Shown here in pieces: positions 19,818 to 28,977 of a DNA stretch of 64,000 nucleotides. The translations under genes were made by a program, and so were the position numbers. This DNA comes from a virus (taxonomy: Duplodnaviria; Heunggongvirae; Uroviricota; Caudoviricetes), in IMG/VR virus record IMGVR_UViG_3300020045_008999, positions 256,001 to 320,000 of that record; one strand, 5' to 3'. The notes under the pieces were generated by a model. The model did no database searches. It was not told the DNA's origin and saw only the letters and a list, made by a program, of their open reading frames with translations. Each line of letters opens with the position of its first letter. The stretch's first letter is position 1.

Positions 19818-21677
19818 ATGAACAACGAAAGTAAAATTATTGGGATTGACCTTGGGAGTTACAACTCATCAGTGTCCGTTTATGAAGGTAATGAAATTAA
19901 GGTAATTGCAAATTCCGAGGGTGGATTGACAACACCATCGTATGTGGCATTTACTGCGGATGGGATTAAAGTTGGTGAGGCAGCAAAACGACAAGCAGCA
20001 ACTAATCCAGCGAACACTATTTTCAATATTAAACGTTTGATGGGGAAAACATATGATCAGGTTAAGGATATTAAAAGACCATATGAAATAGTTGATTCGA
20101 GTGGGAGAGCAGCGGTAAAAATTGATGATAAAGTATATTCCCCAGAAGAAATTTCGGCGATGATACTACAGAAAATGAAGAAAACAGCTGAGGACTTTCT
20201 TGGTCATGAAATTAAGAAAGCGGTGATCACTGTACCGGCACACTATAACAGCGACGAGCGTCAAAGTGTTATACTAGCTGGACAGATTGCTGGTTTAGAA
20301 GTAGAGCGAGTTATCGCAGAGCCAACCGCCGCAGTACTTAATGTCGATGCCAAAAGTGAAAAAAAATATGCAGTCTTTGATTTTGGCGGTCAGACTACTG
20401 ATTTTTCGATTGTCGATGTTGCAGATGGGGTTTTCGAAATACTATCAACAGATGGCGACCTAGACTTAGGTGGTAGTAGTATTGACGAATTGTTAGTGAA
20501 CTACCTTGCAGATGATTTTAAGGCCTCTGAGGGAATTGATTTGAGAAAAGATGTTATGGCACTACAGCGTCTGTTTGAAGCCGCTGAGAAGGCTAAAATT
20601 GAGCTATCTGGATCTGCAACTGTTGACATTAACATTCCATATGTTACTGCAACTGAAACCGGTCCTAAGCATCTAGTTGCGAAACTGACAAAGTCTAAAT
20701 TTGACCAACTTATTGCGGACATTGTAGCGAGAGCCATGGTAAAAGCAAAAAGTGCATTGACAAGTTCTGGACTTGGAGTTGATGAAATTGATGAGGTATT
20801 ATTAGTTGGTGGATCATCTAGAATTCCTTTGGTGCAAGAGGAATTGGAAAAGATATTCAATAAAAAACCATCCAAGTCACTGAACCCAGATACTTGTGTA
20901 TCTACCGGAGCAACTATACAAGGTGGGGTTTTATCTGGTGGAAATACTGATATTTTACTTTTGGATTTACTACCAATATCAATTGGTATTGAAACTTCTG
21001 GTGGGATCATGACCAATTTAATTGAGTCCAATACTACCATACCAGCAACTAAATCACAGGTTTTCAGCACAGCGGTGGATAATCAACCAAGTGTGGAAAT
21101 ACATGTATTACAAGGTGAGCGTCCTATGGCGAAAGATAATAAGTCCTTGGGTGTATTCACGCTTGAAATTCCGCCGGCACCAAGAGGGGTTCCACAAATT
21201 CAAATATCTATTGATGTAGATAGTAATGGAATTTTAAATGTTACTGCCGAGGATAAAGGAACTGGTAAGAAAAACAATATTAGCATTTCTGGCTCTACTA
21301 CACTATCAGAAGAAGAAGTAGAACGCATGAAATCAGAGGCCATGGAAAACGCGGAATCTGACAAGGTAGAGATGGATAAAGTAATTGCATTAAATAATGT
21401 TGAGGCAGTTATATTTCAGACTGAGAAAGACCTTAAAGAATTCTCAGATAAGATGACCGAGGATGAAATAGCAACTTTGAATAGTACTATTGATAAATTG
21501 AGATCGTTGCACACGGATAAGAAAACTGATCTAATTGAGGATGCCATCAAATCTGCAAATGATTCATGGGCTATTATTTCCGGACGATTATATTCAGAAA
21601 ATCAAGCGAATGCTGCCGATACATCATCTGATGTTAGTGAAGAAGTTGAATTTGAAGAAGTGAATGAAGATAAATAA
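19818..21677 (+). CDS. dnaK: Chaperone DnaK (Hsp70)
   Basis: IIGIDLG, TTPSYVAF, VITVPA, EPTAA, VLLVGGSSRIP, DNQPSVEIHVLQGER, PPAPRGVPQI. Confidence 0.97.
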   Translation: MNNESKIIGIDLGSYNSSVSVYEGNEIKVIANSEGGLTTPSYVAFTADGIKVGEAAKRQAATNPANTIFNIKRLMGKTYDQVKDIKRPYEIVDSSGRAAVKIDDKVYSPEEISAMILQKMKKTAEDFLGHEIKKAVITVPAHYNSDERQSVILAGQIAGLEVERVIAEPTAAVLNVDAKSEKKYAVFDFGGQTTDFSIVDVADGVFEILSTDGDLDLGGSSIDELLVNYLADDFKASEGIDLRKDVMALQRLFEAAEKAKIELSGSATVDINIPYVTATETGPKHLVAKLTKSKFDQLIADIVARAMVKAKSALTSSGLGVDEIDEVLLVGGSSRIPLVQEELEKIFNKKPSKSLNPDTCVSTGATIQGGVLSGGNTDILLLDLLPISIGIETSGGIMTNLIESNTTIPATKSQVFSTAVDNQPSVEIHVLQGERPMAKDNKSLGVFTLEIPPAPRGVPQIQISIDVDSNGILNVTAEDKGTGKKNNISISGSTTLSEEEVERMKSEAMENAESDKVEMDKVIALNNVEAVIFQTEKDLKEFSDKMTEDEIATLNSTIDKLRSLHTDKKTDLIEDAIKSANDSWAIISGRLYSENQANAADTSSDVSEEVEFEEVNEDK

Positions 21678-21691
21678 TTGATAATAAATAT

Positions 21692-21729
21692 AAAAAAATG
21701 GTGTTGAATATTCAACACCATTTTTTTTT
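21692..21729. terminator. Bidirectional intrinsic terminator
   Basis: A7-TGGTGTTGAATATTCAACACCA-T9. Confidence 0.9.
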
Positions 21730-21856
21730 AATAATTCAATGGATATTTAAACCGGTCATCGCATAAAAGAAAAAGATTAAAAGAAGAATCTGAGCGTAAG
21801 AAATTTGAAAAACTTTCTTTGAAATACAAAACGTAGTCTTGTTACTAACTACTTTA

Positions 21857-22375
21857 TTATATTCTTGGTTTATTTTTTTCTTGCATATATTTAACAACAT
21901 CTTCATATTTAACATTCCCCGGTGATTTAAATAAGATTTCAGAATTCCCAGTTGGTTTCAATTCCTTTTGAGTTGTTGCCTGATCGACCACCATATCTTT
22001 GGCATCTCTTACAACCTTTTCATTTTCCAACATTGTTCTGATAATAAATCCTAAGTAAGAATCAATTCCAACTGATTTATATTTATCATTATTGAATTTG
22101 ATAATGTATTCCACCTCTTCACAATAAGTAGCAATTGATTCATCGCGAATATAGTAATCTATATAAAAGTTCACATTACCAACATTACCAACACGATTAG
22201 CAGTCGTGTTATACTTGGTATTATAATAGTGTAAAAATGGATCTTTTGTACTAAAAATCCGGTCGCCCGATTTTTTATCGGTAATGGTTGCTGAAAAACC
22301 CAAATTGGATTTATAATATTTACTTTTTTTTATCTTTTCGAGAACTGCGGGCCCGGTTACTATATTTATGTTCAT
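21857..22375 (-). CDS. Hypothetical late protein; weak resemblance to part of T4 gp23 capsid protein
   Basis: INIVTGPAVLEKI...RVGNVGNVNFYIDYY. Confidence 0.5.
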   Translation of the reverse strand: MNINIVTGPAVLEKIKKSKYYKSNLGFSATITDKKSGDRIFSTKDPFLHYYNTKYNTTANRVGNVGNVNFYIDYYIRDESIATYCEEVEYIIKFNNDKYKSVGIDSYLGFIIRTMLENEKVVRDAKDMVVDQATTQKELKPTGNSEILFKSPGNVKYEDVVKYMQEKNKPRI

Positions 22376-22857
22376 TATTCGGTGGTATTGTTATTGTTTA
22401 GATTCGCATAATCCACAAATATCTTCGATATGGATTGATTATATATATCAATTTCACCACTCCCCGTAATGGCATATGTATCTATTAGAGTTGTAACATA
22501 ATATTCTTGTCCCGATTGATGAATTTTTCCCAAATATGCATTATTACTTAATTTAAAGACATTTAGACCAATAGTATAGAATCCTAGTTTATTTTGCATT
22601 AAAGTCATGTTGTCTTGAAAATAACTCTTGGTATGTAGGCGAACGATATCAAATGTATTGCGTTTGATTCCATCAACATCCTTAAATTGCTGAATATCAA
22701 TATTGTAATAATGTAGCATGACTTCATACAATATATCAAATTCATTATTATCGATGATTGAATCTATAATTTTTTTATAATTCAATATACCATCTTTACC
22801 AGTTTTCGCAATTGCATCAATCTTCCGATATGTTTTCTTAATTATCTTCTTATTCAT
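22375..22857 (-). CDS. Hypothetical late protein
   Basis: 160-aa ORF, translationally coupled to the downstream gene. Confidence 0.75.
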   Translation of the reverse strand: MNKKIIKKTYRKIDAIAKTGKDGILNYKKIIDSIIDNNEFDILYEVMLHYYNIDIQQFKDVDGIKRNTFDIVRLHTKSYFQDNMTLMQNKLGFYTIGLNVFKLSNNAYLGKIHQSGQEYYVTTLIDTYAITGSGEIDIYNQSISKIFVDYANLNNNNTTE

Positions 22858-22859
22858 GA

Positions 22860-23858
22860 TTATAATGTTGTATCGGATTTTGTTTCATCTTCTTCGCCTG
22901 TCGTTGAATTAGGCTCATCTAACTTAGCTTTTATGGCATCATCCTTGTCAGTAGAAACGATCTTACCTTTCAGAATTGGGAACGCTTTTGATGAATCATC
23001 TTTCGTAGTAGTTACTAATAATTCATCTTCTTTCAAAGCCCTGCTCAATTTTGCATCATCTACATCCACATAAAATGCATCAGTTACACTTTTATTCCCA
23101 TTTGACCAATATTTAACTGCTTCCCCGGTAGTGAATTTATATTCACCATTAGAAAATTTAGAGTTCCATATATATTTTTCATCTTTTTCGGCTGCATCGA
23201 CATCAAACTCGGTAGGTGTAGACGTTTCTACCCCATTCGCTGGGTCTGTATTTTTTGCTTCGATATTTTTCTCAATATCTATTTTTTTTGTACTAACTTC
23301 CTTGGCTTTATCCATTAATGATTTAGCCATTTTTTGTAGTGTTGGTGATTTTTCAATCTGTTCCGCACTCAATCCAATTCCATTGTTTATCATATCCAAT
23401 TCCGTTTGTAAAAATTCTTGTGTCATGTCAAATTTCTTCAGCACTATATAATCTTTAACAAATGGGCTGCTTTCGTTTTTTATGATGAGGTCCATTTCTT
23501 TATCATATTTTGCCTTGGCATTTGCAATTTGTTTATCGATTGTGCTGTCTGCTTTTTGGTATTTAATTACTAAATTTTTCATTTCGTTTTGATCACCAAC
23601 ACCACCATTATCAATAGACAGTTGTAATTCACCAATGGCTTTTATAGTAGCAATTTTAGGCTCACGTATTTTAATTAATTCAAGTCGATATTTTTTTAAA
23701 AGATTATCTATTTCTGCTACAGATCCGATTGATTTGGAAATATTTATTGCAATTTTAGATTTTATGTTGTTGAATAAATTTTTAAAAACACCACCCAATA
23801 GTTCTTCATTTACAATAGTTAACTTGGTGTGTGATGTTCTGGGTTTTATATATCTCAT
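22860..23858 (-). CDS. Late coiled-coil protein with capsid-targeting-like N-terminus
   Basis: MRYIKP...IVNEE; late motif TTAATATATAA about 23888-23878. Confidence 0.75.
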   Translation of the reverse strand: MRYIKPRTSHTKLTIVNEELLGGVFKNLFNNIKSKIAINISKSIGSVAEIDNLLKKYRLELIKIREPKIATIKAIGELQLSIDNGGVGDQNEMKNLVIKYQKADSTIDKQIANAKAKYDKEMDLIIKNESSPFVKDYIVLKKFDMTQEFLQTELDMINNGIGLSAEQIEKSPTLQKMAKSLMDKAKEVSTKKIDIEKNIEAKNTDPANGVETSTPTEFDVDAAEKDEKYIWNSKFSNGEYKFTTGEAVKYWSNGNKSVTDAFYVDVDDAKLSRALKEDELLVTTTKDDSSKAFPILKGKIVSTDKDDAIKAKLDEPNSTTGEEDETKSDTTL

Positions 23859-23938
23859 CGGAAAAATATGTTTTTTATTATATATTAAAAAAACCTTTTC
23901 ATGTTATTTGAGTATAATGCTAAAGTAAAACACTTATT

Positions 23939-24406
23939 ATGAGAAAAGAAATAGAAATGGTTGGAGATTTTCAGCGTCAATTTGAAGCACCTGTATTAGA
24001 AACACCAACAATACCAGACACACAGAGGTGTGAATTGAAAATAAGTCTAATACAAGAAGAGTTAAATGAAATTAAAGCGGGGATCCAAGAAAATAACATG
24101 ATCGAAGTGATGGATGGTGTCGCAGATTTATTATACGTTACATTTGGTTTGATCAATGAATTTGGTTTAAATAAATCCATTGTGGATATATTCAATGAGG
24201 TACATCGTAGTAACATGACCAAAGCATGTAATACATTCGAGGAAGCCGAACAAACGGTATCTTTTTATAAAGAGAAAGACAACACTGATTCATATATCAA
24301 AGTAGTAGGGGATACATACGTGGTATATAGAAGTGGTGATAATAAAGTATTAAAATCAATAAATTATTCACCAGCTAATATTGCACAACATTATGAAATT
24401 ATCTAA
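23939..24406 (+). CDS. MazG-like / PRA-PH nucleoside triphosphate pyrophosphohydrolase
   Basis: LIQEELNE, DGVADLLYVTFG, FNEVHRSNMTK, KVLKS; AAAC-N18-TATAAT at 23891-23918. Confidence 0.9.
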   Translation: MRKEIEMVGDFQRQFEAPVLETPTIPDTQRCELKISLIQEELNEIKAGIQENNMIEVMDGVADLLYVTFGLINEFGLNKSIVDIFNEVHRSNMTKACNTFEEAEQTVSFYKEKDNTDSYIKVVGDTYVVYRSGDNKVLKSINYSPANIAQHYEII

Positions 24407-24704
24407 ATATATTGTAAAATTTGAAGTAGTATCGGAAAATCAATCAACTAACAGAATCATCGGAATTGATACCATATTAGGTAATTTTCCAAATGAAATA
24501 GAATCTGATTCTCCAATAGATTTGTTTTTTAGTGAACAACTCATATTTGCTGGTGTTTTATATACAATAAGTAATACAAAATCAGAAATATCACTCAAAG
24601 ATGATGAACTTTGTCATATCAAGCATATTACTTTGTCTATTCCAGATGATGGTGTGGACCCATATTATGATCCAGAAACATTTGATTTTTGTGATTTTCT
24701 TTAA
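24393..24704 (+). CDS. Hypothetical protein (internal RIIGIDTIL motif)
   Basis: ORF in operon; start ATG 24393. Confidence 0.65.
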   Translation: MKLSKYIVKFEVVSENQSTNRIIGIDTILGNFPNEIESDSPIDLFFSEQLIFAGVLYTISNTKSEISLKDDELCHIKHITLSIPDDGVDPYYDPETFDFCDFL

Positions 24705-24718
24705 TTAAATAAACGTAA

Positions 24719-25897
24719 ATGTCAATTAAAATAATATTAACACAAATAATGAAAAATGAGACCAAAGTTATTGAGCGCATGCTTAATACTACACTTGGCT
24801 TCATTGATGGTATTGCCATGGTTGACACTGGTTCTACGGACAATTCAATTCAATTGGTTCGGGATTGGGGGGAAATTCATGGGGTTGAGACATATATAAT
24901 ATCTAGACCATTTGATAATTATGAAAATTCTAGAAATGCCGCCATTGATTTAGCAAATAAGAATTTTCTTTCGAAAAATGATAACCATGATTATTTTGGT
25001 TTTTGGTTGGATGCGGATGAAGAATTATGTATTGATGGGGATTTTGACAAAACTAAAATAACAAAAGATTTATACCAGTTGACTACCAAGATGGGTAACA
25101 TGGTTTATACTAGGAATGAATTGTATCGCTTATCTAAACCATTTAGGTTTTATGGAATTTTACATGAATATTTAGTATGTTCTGACACAACAATATCTAC
25201 CGGCTTATTAAATGGCATCAGTGTGAATGTTAATTCCGATGGTGCATCATGGACAAATGGGTCAATCGCAGATAAATATAAAAAACATGCCGCATTACTA
25301 GAGGACCACCTAGATAACAACAGTCGAGATCCAAGGTGGGTTTTTTATACGGGACAATCATATTTTGATTCTGCATCATTAGTTAATAATCGAGTGGAAA
25401 ATGATGAACGATTAACCAGAGCTATCAAGTATTATAAAGAACGTGTAGGTATTAAATCGGGCTATGTTGAAGAGCGATTTTATTCACAATTCAGAATAGG
25501 ATTGTGTATGAGTAAATTAGAACGACCATGGAAAGACACTATGGAAGAATACCTTAAAGCATATTCACTCGATTCAAATAGAGCTGAACCACTTAAAGAA
25601 ATTATTGAATATTATGTTAGTGTGAAGGAATGGAATTTAGCTTATATCTATAGTAAGTTCGCCAAAATAAATCACCATGGTAAGTCACCCTATCCAAGTA
25701 GGGTATTGTTTGTCAGTCCGGATTTGTATGCTTGGAAATTATTAGAATATCATTCTGTTGTGTGTTATTACAGCAACCGGAAAGAAGAATCAAAATCGGT
25801 CTATAAAGACTTGATGAATATTTTAAAAGAATCACCTCAATTATTTTCGATGGAAGACCGTCTGAAAATAACTGCAAATGCTAAATACTTTTTATAA
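24719..25897 (+). CDS. GT2 glycosyltransferase with TPR repeats
   Basis: IMKNE, VDTGSTD, WLDADE (DxD), YGILHE, RWVFYTGQSY, TPR helices. Confidence 0.9.
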   Translation: MSIKIILTQIMKNETKVIERMLNTTLGFIDGIAMVDTGSTDNSIQLVRDWGEIHGVETYIISRPFDNYENSRNAAIDLANKNFLSKNDNHDYFGFWLDADEELCIDGDFDKTKITKDLYQLTTKMGNMVYTRNELYRLSKPFRFYGILHEYLVCSDTTISTGLLNGISVNVNSDGASWTNGSIADKYKKHAALLEDHLDNNSRDPRWVFYTGQSYFDSASLVNNRVENDERLTRAIKYYKERVGIKSGYVEERFYSQFRIGLCMSKLERPWKDTMEEYLKAYSLDSNRAEPLKEIIEYYVSVKEWNLAYIYSKFAKINHHGKSPYPSRVLFVSPDLYAWKLLEYHSVVCYYSNRKEESKSVYKDLMNILKESPQLFSMEDRLKITANAKYFL

Positions 25898-26457
25898 TGT
25901 TGATATCGATAATTGGCGCGCCCTCTAGTGGGAAATCCACCTTAGCAACCTCGGTACAGTATTCCATGAAAAAAAGTGGAATGAATTCAGTATTTGTAAC
26001 TGAGGCCGCCACCGACTATATCGCAGAGTATGGGATACCTAATTCTGCTATTGAACAAATGGTTATTTTTTATAAGCAATTGAATAGAGAGAAGATGTAT
26101 ATGGAAAGTAAGGATTATATAATTTGTGATTCCAGTTCATTGTTAAATTATTTTTACTTCCGGACAATGTTTCCGCAGAAACCCTCTGGTAAGGATATTG
26201 CAACCATCAACCACGTTCAAAAGGAAATATTAAAATCGATCAACCAATGGGACTATATTTTTTACATACCCCCGATGGATATAGATCCTAATGATGGAAT
26301 ACGCTTCCATAATCATTCAGAAATAACGGAATTAGACATTCGTATAAAATCATATCTGAATATGGAAAATATTAATTATATTGATCTAAGTAATGTTCCA
26401 TTGGATGATCGTGATGCATTTATAATTAACACTATATCAAAAAGTCCCATTAAGTAG
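25897..26457 (+). CDS. P-loop kinase/ATPase (NadR/AAA_28-like)
   Basis: IIGAPSSGKST, ICDSS, DGIR. Confidence 0.8.
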   Translation: MLISIIGAPSSGKSTLATSVQYSMKKSGMNSVFVTEAATDYIAEYGIPNSAIEQMVIFYKQLNREKMYMESKDYIICDSSSLLNYFYFRTMFPQKPSGKDIATINHVQKEILKSINQWDYIFYIPPMDIDPNDGIRFHNHSEITELDIRIKSYLNMENINYIDLSNVPLDDRDAFIINTISKSPIK

Positions 26458-26468
26458 TGGGATTTTTT
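26439..26468 (+). terminator. Intrinsic terminator
   Basis: AAAAAGTCCCATT-AAGT-AGTGGGATTTTTT. Confidence 0.7.
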
Positions 26469-26521
26469 GGTTAAGTCGTTTTTTATACATATATTTGTAC
26501 TATTAATCAAAAATATTTATT

Positions 26522-26785
26522 ATGGTAACTAAGAAAAATAAAACCGTGGAACCATTTCGTCCAATTAGTGTCATAGCAAATGAAATTGTAGCAGACTGGG
26601 GTGCTAATGTAAATTTTGGTGCGGTGCCTCATCTGAATGCGTTATTACAACTTGATAAAATTTCAGATTCGTATGGTCTAGATAGTGCTGAATTAACTAT
26701 CGCGTACTTTCTTTCAAATGCATCAACCTGGCGAGGTGAGACTGCCCGACGCATTAAGTTAGAGTTAAATCGAATGATCAAATAA
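26522..26785 (+). CDS. Phage hypothetical protein
   Basis: YFLSNASTWRGETARRIK motif; TATATTTG box 26490-26497. Confidence 0.8.
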   Translation: MVTKKNKTVEPFRPISVIANEIVADWGANVNFGAVPHLNALLQLDKISDSYGLDSAELTIAYFLSNASTWRGETARRIKLELNRMIK

Positions 26786-26868
26786 TGATTAAACGTTTGT
26801 CGCCTGTGGTAGTTGGGAAAATAAAGCCCAAAACACCGAATAATTACTAATCATAAAAACACAAAACA

Positions 26869-27072
26869 ATGTCAAAGTTAAAGACCGAAACCCAATTACC
26901 ACAAGCAATTGTTAGCCGTTCGGTTGATGATTTTGATTATACGTGTTTCAAATGTAAAACTTATAAAACAAATAATTTAGATAATTTATTCGACCATCGC
27001 CAATATTGTAAAATAAAAACAAATAAAATAAAAAAAATATGGAATCAATTAATGCAAATGCTATCTGTTTAG
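26869..27072 (+). CDS. Cassette-borne small C2H/C zinc-finger-like protein
   Basis: ATG in hairpin loop; YTCFKC...H...C. Confidence 0.65.
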   Translation: MSKLKTETQLPQAIVSRSVDDFDYTCFKCKTYKTNNLDNLFDHRQYCKIKTNKIKKIWNQLMQMLSV

Positions 27073-27248
27073 ATTGTGGAACTGCAAAAGAAAATCCTGA
27101 AAATGGTTTTTGTATGAATGGTCACGATAACTGGCTTGAAGAAATGGATAAAATAGAAAGATTTTCAGAGGCTTCAATTAAATTTAATAAAACAACTTCT
27201 GAATTGATGTTTCATATTCAGCAGAATGTTTCTATAACTGAAGGCTAA
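27039..27248 (+). CDS. Cassette-borne small Zn-ribbon protein
   Basis: ICLDC...FCMNGH; stop TAA lies within GGCTAAC. Confidence 0.7.
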   Translation: MESINANAICLDCGTAKENPENGFCMNGHDNWLEEMDKIERFSEASIKFNKTTSELMFHIQQNVSITEG

Positions 27249-27487
27249 CAATATACTTTGGTAGAAGCTATGGTAATTATTGAACAACCAAATAGCGATG
27301 GGTATATGTTCTTATAAAAGAATGTAATTTACCAGTAGACATTGTAAAAGCGTTGGTTAAAAATTATTCGGTATTTCTGGCCCCGATGAGTCCGGATAGT
27401 TGGGATTTTAAAATTTATAATAGATTGGGTGTTATAGAAAATAAAAATTGGTCACCAATTAATGAATGTACAATAAAAACAAATTGA
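27249..27487 (+). pseudogene. Remainder of gene interrupted by cassette 2 (first three codons at 26785-26793), with a later frameshift near 27303-27308
   Basis: ATGATTAAA + CAATATACTTTG reads MIKQYTLVEAMVIIEQPNSDGY; removing 2 nt from TATATG continues VLIKECNLPVDIVKALV to TGA 27487. Confidence 0.6.
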
Positions 27488-27493
27488 AATCAT

Positions 27494-27670
27494 ATGGGAA
27501 ATGTAGTAAAATTTAAAGTATCCGTATCTAATTTAGAACAGCGTAGTTTAAATAGAGTAAGGGAAATTAATTTGAAAAAATTAAATGATATGAAACTTCA
27601 AGGAAAGACTAAAGAAATGTGTTATCCTAAGTTTACCAAAATATTTGTAGATAATAACTATGGGACATAG
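27494..27670 (+). CDS. Small basic hypothetical protein (58 aa, below ORF-track cutoff)
   Basis: MGNVVKFKVSVSNLEQRSLNRVREINLKK...; overlaps next start. Confidence 0.55.
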   Translation: MGNVVKFKVSVSNLEQRSLNRVREINLKKLNDMKLQGKTKEMCYPKFTKIFVDNNYGT

Positions 27671-28016
27671 ACAAGAAATGACCAAAGAGCAGCGGATGGA
27701 CTGGGACCTGAGACAATATCAAGCTAAACTAGATGCGAATAAAGGTAGTAATTTTGAATATTGGTCTAGTAAGCACGATGAAATGATTGAGAATGATTGG
27801 GATTTATATATTTTCATAAATGATAGGAGGCAAAATATGGGATTGTCATGTGAAGAATATTATACAAATAGTGAATGCCAAGCAAAGGAGATAGTTGAAT
27901 CATTGAGATCTAATAATAATTTTGCAAGAATTATATCTGGATATAGACAAACGGTTCAACGAGTTAAATCATTTTCGATCATATATAAACCAAAGAAAAC
28001 GAAAAAATCCACCTAA
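27660..28016 (+). CDS. Hypothetical protein
   Basis: 118-aa ORF. Confidence 0.75.
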   Translation: MGHRQEMTKEQRMDWDLRQYQAKLDANKGSNFEYWSSKHDEMIENDWDLYIFINDRRQNMGLSCEEYYTNSECQAKEIVESLRSNNNFARIISGYRQTVQRVKSFSIIYKPKKTKKST

Positions 28017-28027
28017 TGGTGGATTTT
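28002..28027. terminator. Bidirectional intrinsic terminator
   Basis: AAAAAATCCACC-TAAT-GGTGGATTTT. Confidence 0.85.
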
Positions 28028-28028
28028 A

Positions 28029-28673
28029 TTATTTAGATAAAAGATGTATTAGATCTTCGGTCAATTTAGAAATCATTTTTTTACCACCTATATTGATTGA
28101 TGGAATATTTTTTACCATAGAATAGTTTTTATCACCATCCACTGCAATACTGTTTATTTGATTTATAATTTCATCATCGCTGCCATATTTAGTAATATAG
28201 TAAGACTTCAGCTCAGTGATAAAGTGTGATAGATTAACCCCTTTTTTATAGTTGTATTTGAGCATTTGTAGCTCATTATCCTGTTTTTCGATCATTATGT
28301 ACCACACCGAGCTTTTAGGCACCTTAACGCTCTCTAAATAGTTGAGACTGGCAGCCGCTTTTGTTCCCTTTGGCAATTGGACAACCTTGCCATAGTAACG
28401 CGGACCAAGGTCTTCTTGTATTTTTTTGGTTTTGTCATCCGACTCATTTTCCACAGTGGGCTTAATTGGCAATATACTCTTAGTATCTGCATCCACCATA
28501 GAAACTGAACTTGTTTGTGGCAAATTTGGATTACATGGCAATTCCTCTCCGGTAAGCGGTTCCAATCCAATTTCAATAGCTTCTCCTTGTTTTACTTTAG
28601 TTTTAGCTATATCGGAGAATTTCTTAAATGATTTAATTTTACTATCATTAGTTTCACCGGACTTTCTTATCAT
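28029..28673 (-). CDS. Hypothetical late protein
   Basis: KIKSFKKFS near N-terminus; late motif 28706-28696. Confidence 0.75.
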   Translation of the reverse strand: MIRKSGETNDSKIKSFKKFSDIAKTKVKQGEAIEIGLEPLTGEELPCNPNLPQTSSVSMVDADTKSILPIKPTVENESDDKTKKIQEDLGPRYYGKVVQLPKGTKAAASLNYLESVKVPKSSVWYIMIEKQDNELQMLKYNYKKGVNLSHFITELKSYYITKYGSDDEIINQINSIAVDGDKNYSMVKNIPSINIGGKKMISKLTEDLIHLLSK

Positions 28674-28722
28674 GTTAAATTGTTATTTTATAATAGTATA
28701 TATTAAATTTTAATATTTGTTT

Positions 28723-28977
28723 TTAATTACTATGTTTATAATAGTATTTATCTACCATATAATTTCTATAATTTTTGATAATATTGAATTTATCAAAGAA
28801 AATAGAAACCAAGGGCTGCATTTTATCTAAAAACATTGCCATTATTTTATTATTATACAAATAAGGGGATAAGGTCTTATTTAAAATATTTTTCTCATAA
28901 TCGACATAATTAGTTTGATTATCATTCCGGTGTTTAAGTTTGTGAAGTTCTGGAATATCTTTGCTTTCGTATAACAT
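28723..28977 (-). CDS. Small protein coupled to baseplate wedge gene
   Basis: TAATG coupling to the gp6-like gene. Confidence 0.7.
   Translation of the reverse strand: MLYESKDIPELHKLKHRNDNQTNYVDYEKNILNKTLSPYLYNNKIMAMFLDKMQPLVSIFFDKFNIIKNYRNYMVDKYYYKHSN

Larger units (their letters stand above)
26794..27248 (-). mobile_element. Integron-cassette-like insertion 2 (attC-like hairpin 26792-26917 plus two ORFs)
   Basis: AAC 26792-94; arms GCCTGTGGTAGTTGGG (26802-17) and CCCAATTACCACAAGC (26891-906); GTTAGCC 26911-17; complementary GGCTAAC 27243-49; excision at AA|C restores an ORF start. Confidence 0.78.

Noticed and set aside
21735-21836. Short basic open frame (LNRSSHKRKRLKEESERKKFEKLSLKYKT) after the dnaK terminator, vaguely like ribosomal protein bS21 C-terminus
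   Set aside because: No start codon and no convincing motif; at most a gene remnant
27378-27415. CCGATGAGTCCGG...GGGATTTT resembling a hammerhead ribozyme core
   Set aside because: Lacks the CTGATGA and GAAA core; better explained as coding remnant of the interrupted gene
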